From assembly GCA_041694835.1 (NCBI GenBank), contig JBGFRZ010000016.1:1-42629 (forward strand): a stretch of 42,629 nucleotides of DNA, given 5' to 3'. This document shows positions 9,104 through 17,462 of the stretch, in pieces. Position 1 is the stretch's first letter. Every line of letters begins with the position of its first letter. The notes beneath the pieces are model-generated. The model searched no databases and was not told where the DNA came from. It was given only the letters and a program-made list of their open reading frames with translations. This DNA comes from Ignavibacteria bacterium (GTDB lineage Bacteria; Elusimicrobiota; Endomicrobiia; PHAN01). Made by a program: the position numbers and the translations under genes.

Positions 9104-10030
9104 CTATACAAACAAAGAGCTGACGGATTCGTTGCCGTGAATTCTGTTTATCGCATCCGCCAGCAATTTTGCAACCGAAAGTTTTACAATCTTTTGCGGA
9201 AGCTCCTTATGGCTTATCGTGTCAGTGACGATAAGTTTGCCGAGAGCAGATTTTTCTATCTTTTCCTTCGCATTTCCCGAAAGCACCGCATGCGTGCATA
9301 CGGCGGTGACTTCCATCGCTCCCTTTTTCTTGAGCAGCTCGGCCACCTGGACGATAGTGCCAGCGGTGTCCGCTATGTCGTCGACTATTATAGCATTTCT
9401 GCCATCCACATCGCCGATGAGGTTCATTATCTCTGTCTGATTTGCCTTGATGCGCCTCTTATCTATTATCGCCAAATCTGAATTTATGTGCTTAGCGAAA
9501 AATCTGGCTCGCTCGACGCCGCCCGCGTCTGGTGAAACGACGACGATGTTATCGCGGCTCTTGAAGTATTCAAGGAAAACGGGCGTTGCGAAGAGATGGT
9601 CAACCGGTATGTCGAAAAATCCCTGAATTTGACCCGCGTGCAGATCCAAAGTGAGAACCCGCGAGGCGCCGGCAGCCGTAATAAGATTGGCTATCAACTT
9701 TGCCGTTATGGGTACCCGCGGTTCTGGTTTCCTGTCCTGACGGGCATAGCCGTAATAAGGTATAACCGCCGTTATTCTACCGGCGGAAGCTCTCTTGAGA
9801 GCGTCCATTATTATCAAGAGCTCCATTACGCTTTCGTTGGCCGGAGGCGATGTCGGCTGAACTACGAAGCAGTCGCATCCTCTCACGTGTTCTTCTATGC
9901 TGACACGCGTTTCCCCGTCGGCAAACCTGACCATCTCCATATTTCCCAGCTCTACTCCCGCTCTGGTGACGATCGCTTTGGCCAACTCTATGTTTGAGTT
10001 GCCCGCAAAAATTTTAAGTTTGAAGTCCAT
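9104..10030 (-). CDS. prs: Ribose-phosphate pyrophosphokinase
   Basis: Motifs F.DGE, PYYGYARQDRK, DLHAGQIQGFF, SPDAGG and VDDI.DT.GT. ATG 10030 lies 8 nt after GGAG. Confidence 0.97.
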   Translation of the reverse strand: MDFKLKIFAGNSNIELAKAIVTRAGVELGNMEMVRFADGETRVSIEEHVRGCDCFVVQPTSPPANESVMELLIIMDALKRASAGRITAVIPYYGYARQDRKPEPRVPITAKLIANLITAAGASRVLTLDLHAGQIQGFFDIPVDHLFATPVFLEYFKSRDNIVVVSPDAGGVERARFFAKHINSDLAIIDKRRIKANQTEIMNLIGDVDGRNAIIVDDIADTAGTIVQVAELLKKKGAMEVTAVCTHAVLSGNAKEKIEKSALGKLIVTDTISHKELPQKIVKLSVAKLLADAINRIHGNESVSSLFV

Positions 10031-10050
10031 ACCGTTCACTCCGATGCAAT

Positions 10051-11448
10051 TTATTTCCTTCTTGCCTTGTTTACCTGCCTTCCTCTCTCCACGGCAAGCA
10101 TTCCATCCGCTACATCCTTGGTTATTGTCGAGCCAGCTCCAATCAGAACCTTTCTGCCAATTTTGACGGGTGCTATCAGATTGACGTTCGAACCGACAAA
10201 ACTGTCTTTTCCTATGAAAGTTTCTCTCTTCATCTTCCCATCGAAGTTGCAGGTTATGGCCCCGGCGCCTATGTTTATGTTCTTCTCGAGATGAGCATCT
10301 CCTATATAAGCTAAATGGCTGACTTTCGTCTCCTCTCCTATATAAGACTTTTTTATCTCGGTGAAGTTGCCTATTCTGGCGTTTCGCTTTACAACGGTGC
10401 CGGGTCTCAGATGGGCGAAAGGTCCGATCTTTACACCCGATTCAATCTTCGATTCATATATGTATGAACACCTTATCTTCACATTTTCGCCTATGCGGGA
10501 GTTTGATATATAACACCCCGAACCGATTACACAGTCGCTCCCAATTATCGTTGAGCCTTTTATGAAAACATTCGGATATATAGCGGTATCGTTTCCTATT
10601 TTTACATCGGGGCCAATATATGCGTTTTCGGGATCTATGAAAGTGACGCCGTTTTTGGCAAGGGCTCCGTTTATTTTTAGCCGCAGGATTTTTTCAACTT
10701 TGGATAGATCGTATCTGTCGTTTATACCTAAAATTTCATCCGGCCCGGCGAAAGAAACAGCTGAAACCCTCTCCCCGTTTTTTTTGAAAATCCCAACGAC
10801 ATCCGTAAGATAATACTCATTCTTTTTATTCAACGGCTTTATCTCTTTTAGGGCATTCCATAGAACGTCGTTTGAAAAGCAGTAAATCCCGGAGTTAACC
10901 TCTATGATTTTTCTTTCGTCGGGCGAGGCGTCTTTTTCTTCGACAATTTTAATAAATTCCCCGTTGATGCTTCTGACAATCCTTCCGTAGCCGAAAGGGC
11001 TTTCGACGGACGCGCTCAAAACCGTCGCCGAAGAAAACGTTCTTTTGTGTTCGTTCAAAAGTTTCCGGAGCGTGTCGGTTTTTATAAGCGGAACGTCACC
11101 CGAGATGACGATGCTGTATCCTTTTTTGGGGATTAAAGCGGATGCCGATTTCAGGGCAGAGCCGGAGCCGAGCTGTTTTTTCTGGCGCGCTATCTTAAAA
11201 ACATTCCTGCTGAAAAAAGAAGCCCCTATCTCTTCCTTCCAATTCAAAATCTCGTCCCTGACTTCTTCTATCCTGTGACCGAGGACGACGACCGTTTTTG
11301 ACATTCTTAAAGAAGAGAGGGTTCTTAAAACCCACCACAATATGGGTTTCTCGCAGATTTTATGCAAGACCTTGGGAGTACGACTCTTCATCCTGGTGCC
11401 CAGCCCCGCGGCAAGGACGATAATGTTTAGATTCCTCTTATCAGCCAT
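10051..11448 (-). CDS. glmU: Bifunctional UDP-GlcNAc pyrophosphorylase / glucosamine-1-P acetyltransferase
   Basis: Motifs LAAG.GTRMKS..PKVLH, GYGRI, EYYLTD, hexapeptide repeats and GPFAHLRP. Confidence 0.97.
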   Translation of the reverse strand: MADKRNLNIIVLAAGLGTRMKSRTPKVLHKICEKPILWWVLRTLSSLRMSKTVVVLGHRIEEVRDEILNWKEEIGASFFSRNVFKIARQKKQLGSGSALKSASALIPKKGYSIVISGDVPLIKTDTLRKLLNEHKRTFSSATVLSASVESPFGYGRIVRSINGEFIKIVEEKDASPDERKIIEVNSGIYCFSNDVLWNALKEIKPLNKKNEYYLTDVVGIFKKNGERVSAVSFAGPDEILGINDRYDLSKVEKILRLKINGALAKNGVTFIDPENAYIGPDVKIGNDTAIYPNVFIKGSTIIGSDCVIGSGCYISNSRIGENVKIRCSYIYESKIESGVKIGPFAHLRPGTVVKRNARIGNFTEIKKSYIGEETKVSHLAYIGDAHLEKNINIGAGAITCNFDGKMKRETFIGKDSFVGSNVNLIAPVKIGRKVLIGAGSTITKDVADGMLAVERGRQVNKARRK

Positions 11449-11460
11449 AATGTTTATTAT

Positions 11461-11636
11461 GAGCTCGTTGAAAAACCTTAATCTTTTGAACGATTTGGCA
11501 GTTTCAGGTTAAAAGTTGAAATCGTTTAGACCGCAATGTCTGACGAGCAAAGCGAGGAGTTTTGCGGTCTGATTGAAACTTTTAACCGTTAAGAAACTGC
11601 CCTTTAAGTGAAAAAGATGGGTTTTTCAACAATCTC
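11461..11636. mobile_element. MITE family B, copy 1 (176 bp)
   Basis: 17-bp TIRs GAGCTCGTTGAAAAACC / GGTTTTTCAACAATCTC (2 mismatches); 5-bp TSD ATTAT; long internal hairpin. A near-identical inverted copy lies at 36170-36345. Confidence 0.92.
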
Positions 11637-11645
11637 ATTATATCA
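11637..11645 (-). promoter_or_regulatory. Extended -10 box (TGATATAAT) for the glmU operon, now separated from glmU by MITE-B
   Basis: Minus strand reads TTTTGATATAAT. Removing the MITE and one TSD gives TGATATAAT-AAACATT-ATG. Confidence 0.6.
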
Positions 11646-11699
11646 AAATATATATAAAAACCGAAAAACGCCGAATGAATAGACTCCTCATAAGGGGTA

Positions 11700-11832
11700 G
11701 ATACAGAGCGATTTTATCTATGGGTATTGGGCTTCTTTCCCTCGTTGCGCCGAAATACTGATAACAACTTGAAAACTCATAATCCCTGACATTCTTGACC
11801 AATTTGCATTTGATAGAGTTGTTATTCCCATG
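11700..11832 (-). pseudogene. C-terminal remnant of a REP-associated tyrosine transposase (RAYT / IS200-like Y1)
   Basis: Reads HGNNNSIKCKLVKNVRDYEFSSCYQYFG, resembling the RAYT motif H.NPVKAGLV..P.DY.WSSY..Y. No start codon; in frame directly after the ychF stop. Confidence 0.6.
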
Positions 11833-12861
11833 TTATCTGAAGTGAATTTTTAAGATGTCGCCATCTTTGATTTTGTACTCCCTGCCCTCAGACCTTATGA
11901 GCCCAAGCTCGTGGAGTCTTTTCTCCGTTCGGTAGTTTTCAAGCAAATCGCTGTCATAAACATCGGCTCGAATGAAGCCCTTCGCCATGTCGGTGTGAAT
12001 CATCGCTGCACCATCAAGAGCCCTTGAACCGCCTTTTATGTTCCATGCTCGCACCTCTTTTCCGACGACAGTGTAGAATGTTATGAGATTGAGAAGTTTT
12101 TTTCCGGTTTTTATTATTTTGTCCGGACCGCTTTCGGTTATGCCGTATTCGCCGAGAAATTTTAACCTTTCGTTCTCGTCGAGCTCAAGCGATTCAATCT
12201 CCAGTTTCACATCTATGTAGAGAACGTCAGCGATTGAATCGCTCACAGCAAAAGGGGCGGTCGAATTGTGAACATAAAAAACCGGCTTTGAAGTCAGAAA
12301 GTCGAATTTTTGCGACATTTCTTTTAAATTACAGCGTCGCAGCGCCTTGCCCGAGTTTAGAAACTTTATCGCACTCTCAAAAAAACTCAACGTATCCTTC
12401 GCCAACTTGTCGCCACTTCGCGCCGCAGTTATGATTTTCTCGCTCCGCTTTATGGCGTAATCGATGTCGGAAAGCAGAAGCTCCGTTTCGACTATTTCCA
12501 TCTGCTCTTTCGCGCCGAATCCCATCATCGCAACATTCTCGCTTCGGAAATCGCCGAGAACCTGAAGAAGAACTTCAAGCGGGCGGATGTGAGAGAGAAA
12601 TTTATTGCCGAGACCTTCGCCGATGTGAGCGTCTTTGACGAGCCCGGCGACATCGACAAACTTTACGAATGCAGGGGTGAGTTTTTCGGGTTCGAATATA
12701 CCGCCAAGCTTTTCGAGACGAGGGTCTTTTTGAACAGCGATGCCGACATTAGGCTCTATGGTGGTGAAAGGGAAATTGCCTATCTGAGCCGAGCCTCTGG
12801 TGAGGAGATTGAAAAGCGAGGTTTTCCCAACGTTGGGGAGACCGATAATTCCTATTTCCAT
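11833..12861 (-). CDS. ychF: Redox-regulated ATPase YchF (OBG family)
   Basis: Motifs GLPNVGKT, NFPFTTIEPN.G, D.AGLV..A..GEGLGNKFL and IHTD..KGFIRA. Start reassigned to 12861 (MEIGII). Confidence 0.93.
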   Translation of the reverse strand: MEIGIIGLPNVGKTSLFNLLTRGSAQIGNFPFTTIEPNVGIAVQKDPRLEKLGGIFEPEKLTPAFVKFVDVAGLVKDAHIGEGLGNKFLSHIRPLEVLLQVLGDFRSENVAMMGFGAKEQMEIVETELLLSDIDYAIKRSEKIITAARSGDKLAKDTLSFFESAIKFLNSGKALRRCNLKEMSQKFDFLTSKPVFYVHNSTAPFAVSDSIADVLYIDVKLEIESLELDENERLKFLGEYGITESGPDKIIKTGKKLLNLITFYTVVGKEVRAWNIKGGSRALDGAAMIHTDMAKGFIRADVYDSDLLENYRTEKRLHELGLIRSEGREYKIKDGDILKIHFR

Positions 12862-12901
12862 TTTATTGAGCGTACAAATGTATGCTCTTACACCTTGTGC
12901 T

Positions 12902-13993
12902 CTACAAAACAACCATGTTGTCCCGGTGGATGACCTCGTCATATCCAGAGCGGGAAAGTATCTCCGATATCTCTTTAGAATGTCTGCCCTTTATTTTGGC
13001 AAGGTCTTCCGAAGAGTAGTATGTGAGTCCCCTCGCGATTTCATTTGAAGATATTTTCTCGACGATTTTTATGACATCGCCTGATTTAAAAGAGCCTTCT
13101 ATCTCCAAAATCCCAGACGCAAGCAGGCTCTTGCCCGAAGATATCGCCCCGGCGGCGCCAGTGTCTATAATGACAACGCCCCTGGGCTTTGCGCCGAAAG
13201 CGAGCCAGCTTTTTTTCGACTCGAGCCTACGGGCTGGCAGAAATGTGGTCCCAGTCGGACTCCCTTTCAAAATTAAATCAAAAAGCCCTCTTTCCGGCTT
13301 GCAGAGGATTGTCTTTATCCCTGAAGAAGTCGATATCTTCGCCGCCTGAATCTTTGAAATCATACCGCCTGTTCCGAATTTAGAGCCAGCTTTTGCCGTT
13401 GCCAGCAACTCAATCTCGGGCGTTATTTTTTCGACGGTATCGATGAGATTTTTCCTCTCGAACTTTCCCCTGTAAAGCCCTTCTACATCCGTCAGAATGA
13501 CGAGCGCGGCGGCGCCGATTTTGACCGCGACAAGAGCTGAAAGGTTATCATTGTCTCCAAATTTTATCTCATCCGTCGCGACGGCATCGTTTTCGTTTAT
13601 CACGGGGACTATACCCATTTCAATAAGCGTCAATATCGTGCTTCTTATGTTCAGAAACCTCTCTCTGTCGCCGAAGTCATCTTTGGTGAGAAGTACCTGG
13701 GCAACCTCAAGACCCAGCTCAGAAAAAATGTCGTGATAATATTTCATAAGGAGCGGCTGTCCGATAGCGGAAAGCGCCTGTTTTTGTCTTAGACTTGCGG
13801 GATAATTTTTCAGCAGACCTCTGACCATCCTTCCAACGCCTATCGCTCCTGATGTGATTATTACCGCATCTATTGAATTTTTTCTCAAATATAAAATCTC
13901 GCCGGCAAGCCATTCTATCATCTCTTTTTTGCAACGATTTTCCTCGTCTGCAAGAAGGTTTGAGCCAATTTTGATTACAAATTTTTTTTTCAC
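12902..13993 (-). CDS. proB: Glutamate 5-kinase with PUA domain
   Basis: Motifs VIKIGS, SGAI, INEND, FGDND.LSA, GTGGM.SK and SLL.SG. GTG start at 13993 after GGGAG. Confidence 0.96.
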   Translation of the reverse strand: MKKKFVIKIGSNLLADEENRCKKEMIEWLAGEILYLRKNSIDAVIITSGAIGVGRMVRGLLKNYPASLRQKQALSAIGQPLLMKYYHDIFSELGLEVAQVLLTKDDFGDRERFLNIRSTILTLIEMGIVPVINENDAVATDEIKFGDNDNLSALVAVKIGAAALVILTDVEGLYRGKFERKNLIDTVEKITPEIELLATAKAGSKFGTGGMISKIQAAKISTSSGIKTILCKPERGLFDLILKGSPTGTTFLPARRLESKKSWLAFGAKPRGVVIIDTGAAGAISSGKSLLASGILEIEGSFKSGDVIKIVEKISSNEIARGLTYYSSEDLAKIKGRHSKEISEILSRSGYDEVIHRDNMVVL

Positions 13994-14013
13994 TTTTAAC
14001 TCCCGATACAAAA

Positions 14014-15096
14014 TTATTTTCTTGCTATCGTAAAAAGTAAAATCGTATCGAAGATGGACCATGCAAGAGAAAGGAAAAATATTATGTCAAGTAGTATGAA
14101 GAAATTTGTTGCGAGATAATCTCTGGCGGCATTGTATGACTCCTCAATTCTTTCTATCTTCATCTCAACCGTCTTATAAAAATCCTCTATATCAAAAACC
14201 TTGTTGACATTTTTATGTATTGTCTTCAAGTGCCAGTCGGCCTCGACTTTCGGTATGTTTACCATAACGTTGTATATAGAATCAACTATCGCTATTTTGT
14301 CCTTGTCGAAGTCAAGGGCCTCCTCTGAAAACCTGTGATACGCCTGAGGCATCCGCCAGAATTTGTAATATGGAGGCATCTCTTCCAGAAGCATGAGGGC
14401 GTTGTCGAGTTCCTTGTCCATGATGAAATTATACGACTTCAACGACCAGAACTGGCAAAGGGCGAGCTTTATCGTCTCGATTATCGTATCTGAGTCGGAC
14501 GAACTGACAAAAGCCCCGAATCTTTTTATGAATATTATCTCGTTCTCATAGTAACCAAGATTAGTCTGCTCCTCCCTTTTGATTATATCGTGTGAAATCA
14601 GGTTGTAGTCCTGCTCGCCGGAAAGTATGCCGAAAATCACTCTCTTGTTTTCATCTATGAATTTCGAGGCTACGCCAGCGATAGTTTCCGCTGCTTCGGT
14701 TATTACGAAAAGCTCGGCGTCAGGAAGCCGCATGTCGTATCTGTGAACCGCGAATTTTTCGGCTCTCGAAATTATGCTTTCCGTTAGCGACCTGCAGTAA
14801 GACAAAAGAGGGGTTTTCCCTACCCTGACCCGCTCTATCAGAAACGATTGTTTCGCAAGGTCGCCCAGTTCACCCTCGATTGAAAGTTTTATCTGTATAA
14901 GCCCAACTCCGAATTTATAGACGGAAGTCAGAATCTCGGAATCGGCGTAAAGTTTTACTGTCGACTCAGGCAACATAACGGGGGTGTTAATTTTTCTCTG
15001 TGAAATGGATTTTAAAAATTCGGCGGCGTCACGCCCCTTGAAGTCAACCTCAAGACCAAGGTCAAAGGGATAAAGTATATGTATTCTTGATTTCAT
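14014..15096 (-). CDS. Conserved hypothetical protein with C-terminal TM helix (possibly RMD1/DUF155-like)
   Basis: 360-aa ORF overlapping the upstream gene by 4 bp; helical body and hydrophobic C-terminus. The family guess rests on architecture only. Confidence 0.55.
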   Translation of the reverse strand: MKSRIHILYPFDLGLEVDFKGRDAAEFLKSISQRKINTPVMLPESTVKLYADSEILTSVYKFGVGLIQIKLSIEGELGDLAKQSFLIERVRVGKTPLLSYCRSLTESIISRAEKFAVHRYDMRLPDAELFVITEAAETIAGVASKFIDENKRVIFGILSGEQDYNLISHDIIKREEQTNLGYYENEIIFIKRFGAFVSSSDSDTIIETIKLALCQFWSLKSYNFIMDKELDNALMLLEEMPPYYKFWRMPQAYHRFSEEALDFDKDKIAIVDSIYNVMVNIPKVEADWHLKTIHKNVNKVFDIEDFYKTVEMKIERIEESYNAARDYLATNFFILLDIIFFLSLAWSIFDTILLFTIARK

Positions 15097-16259
15097 TTTA
15101 GAGAACTTAATGGAATCTGCTTTATTGTCGTTTTATCACCAGCTATAACCAAAAACATTTTTTTTCCCGATGCAGCGATGGACAGAACTCTTTCATTCGG
15201 CAATTTTACGGAAAACTCCTTTTTCGGAACATATCTGTTTTCAAAAACAACTCCGGAAAGCAGAGAGCCTGTATATCCATCCATTAAAAATATGTTTTCA
15301 TCGATTTTCAATATACCTTCGGGGGAGATGTTCCCCGTGACGTATTCTGCGACAAACTTCAACGAATCGCTTTTTGAAGGCTCTATCGCCGGCGAGACGA
15401 TTTCATAAGAGATTATCTTGTTGAGCTGCGTGTCCGTAAGCCAGATGTTTCTTTTTTCAATACAAATACCTCCCGGGGAAGCGAGGTTAACCGGAAATAC
15501 GCCGACCGTCGACAGATTTTTCGCCGCCTCATTGAGCATGTGTTTCCTGATTTTCATATCCGTCCCTATTGACCAGATGGCTTTTCCATCCGTCGCGATG
15601 CCGAGCGGTCCAAAGTCGGAGAAATAATAAACATCCATAAGTTCTCCGGTGTCCCTTTTGTATCTGTACACCGACTGCGTGTACCAGTCGCTCAAAAATA
15701 TCGTATGCCCCCCCGCTATTAAACCCGTAACGTTTTTATGCGGCACCTCCGCAATACCTTTCGGTTGAACGCCTCTCGTGAATATAAGATAGAGAAACAA
15801 AAAAAACACTCCTGACGCTGCCGCTGAGAAGTATGTCTTTTTTATCCTGGGAAGGGCGGCGAAGTAATCGAAAAAATTTTGTTTGAGTATCTTCTCGAAA
15901 CTCAGGATATCGGTGCTCAACGCCTTGTTGATTATATCTACTATCTCAAGGGACTTCAGCGGATCGACGATGCAGTCATAAGCCCCCTTTTTCATAAGGT
16001 CGTAGGCAAGCCGCGCATTGTAGTCCTTTATGTAGCATATCACTGGAATCTCTCTGATTAAACTTTGTTTTAGCTGATTCAAAAACCACTCGGTAAAATC
16101 TATATCCGCTATTATGATGTCGGGCTTGTATTTCGAAAAACTTTCCGCAGCCTGCAACTCCTCTCCGACGTAGTGAACAGAACATCTCGTGTTTTTAAGT
16201 ATTAAATTAAGCCGCTCTCTGACATCGCGATCGGATACAGCTATCAAAACGCTACTCAT
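15093..16259 (-). CDS. Degenerate receiver (REC) domain, TM helix and extracytoplasmic beta-propeller
   Basis: REC pattern (VLIA..D, PDIII.D, PVI, GAYD.I..P), a TM segment AAASGVFFLFLYLIF, then NHL-like blades (PLGIATDG..IW, PGGI....IWLTD, PEGI). Confidence 0.7.
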   Translation of the reverse strand: MSSVLIAVSDRDVRERLNLILKNTRCSVHYVGEELQAAESFSKYKPDIIIADIDFTEWFLNQLKQSLIREIPVICYIKDYNARLAYDLMKKGAYDCIVDPLKSLEIVDIINKALSTDILSFEKILKQNFFDYFAALPRIKKTYFSAAASGVFFLFLYLIFTRGVQPKGIAEVPHKNVTGLIAGGHTIFLSDWYTQSVYRYKRDTGELMDVYYFSDFGPLGIATDGKAIWSIGTDMKIRKHMLNEAAKNLSTVGVFPVNLASPGGICIEKRNIWLTDTQLNKIISYEIVSPAIEPSKSDSLKFVAEYVTGNISPEGILKIDENIFLMDGYTGSLLSGVVFENRYVPKKEFSVKLPNERVLSIAASGKKMFLVIAGDKTTIKQIPLSSLK

Positions 16260-17457
16260 GGGTCAATTTTATCCTAAATGTCGGTTTATTTTCGACTGTT
16301 GTATAAAATACTTCGCCGCTGTGAAAAATTATATTTCTTTTTGCCCGGACAATTCCGAGTCCATCGTGGCCGGGTTTCGTCGTGAAAAAAGGAGTAAAGA
16401 GTTTCTCGATATTTTCTTGCGGAATACCGCTACCGTTGTCAGAGATGTCGATGGTAAAAATTATATCATCACAGCCGAGTTTTACATCGATATTCCCGGT
16501 TCTCGACGATGTACTCACGGCCTCAACTGAGTTTTTGATTATCTCCGATATCGCTTCGAATAAAAGCTTCTCGTCCATTACTATCTTGGGGCGCTCCTTT
16601 TCTTCAGGCCAGCCAATTATTACCCCGGATGTTTTCATAAATGCTTCTTTGAGTTTTTTGAGCAGCGAATTTATATCGCCCATCTTCAACTCCGGTTCAA
16701 CGGAAAAAAACTCCGCCATCTTGTTGAAAGAAGCGACGATTTTTGTCGTTTTTTCCTTTATCAAGCTCAGATCAGGCTCTATCTCTTTTTTGAGTTTCTT
16801 TACGGTGGAAATATTGCCTGATATGTTTGCATGTATGTAGTCCGTGGCGCCGAATATCGAGCCTATCTGATCCCTTGTGTATAATATCCAGTTCGCAAAC
16901 ACATCGTGTGAAAATCTCCAAATATCGACGGAAGCGAGGTTCAGCTTGTTCTGGTATATCCTTCTCTGGGATGTTAACTCCTCGGTTACTCTTGAATATT
17001 TTTCATTCCATGACATATCTAAATCCTTCAACTTCTCTTCAAACGTTTCGAGTTTCTTTCCCAGTTTTTTTCTCTCGTCCGAATGGGCGGCTTCAAGAAT
17101 ACCTTTGTCTCTCTTGAGTGTTTCTATTTCAAGGAGCCTGTGTTCCAGATCTTCTTTTGTCCGAGTCAGGCGCTTTTTAAAATCGAGAAGCTGGTCATGA
17201 AGAAATCCAACCTCCTCGTTTTTAGAAAGAAGCTTCGCTTTGATTTCAACCTCGTTCGCCCCGAGCAACCCCCTGACTATATCGTTTTCATCCTTCAGAG
17301 AGTGGAGTTTTTTCTGGAGTTTTTGAAACTCAGATTCCACGACGGATTCGACGACCGCCACCTGTCTCAAGAAAAGAACCGCGGGTGACTCTCCCTGTTT
17401 GAGCATTATCTTCGACGACCACTCGTCTTTCAGTTTCTTAAATTCGTCCTGTATCAT
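16252..17457 (-). CDS. Soluble histidine kinase-like protein with long N-terminal coiled coil
   Basis: HATPase_c boxes IIKNSVEA, DNGSGI, LFTPFFTTK and G.GLG; atypical H-box. Confidence 0.8.
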   Translation of the reverse strand: MIQDEFKKLKDEWSSKIMLKQGESPAVLFLRQVAVVESVVESEFQKLQKKLHSLKDENDIVRGLLGANEVEIKAKLLSKNEEVGFLHDQLLDFKKRLTRTKEDLEHRLLEIETLKRDKGILEAAHSDERKKLGKKLETFEEKLKDLDMSWNEKYSRVTEELTSQRRIYQNKLNLASVDIWRFSHDVFANWILYTRDQIGSIFGATDYIHANISGNISTVKKLKKEIEPDLSLIKEKTTKIVASFNKMAEFFSVEPELKMGDINSLLKKLKEAFMKTSGVIIGWPEEKERPKIVMDEKLLFEAISEIIKNSVEAVSTSSRTGNIDVKLGCDDIIFTIDISDNGSGIPQENIEKLFTPFFTTKPGHDGLGIVRAKRNIIFHSGEVFYTTVENKPTFRIKLTHE

Positions 17458-17462
17458 AAAAT

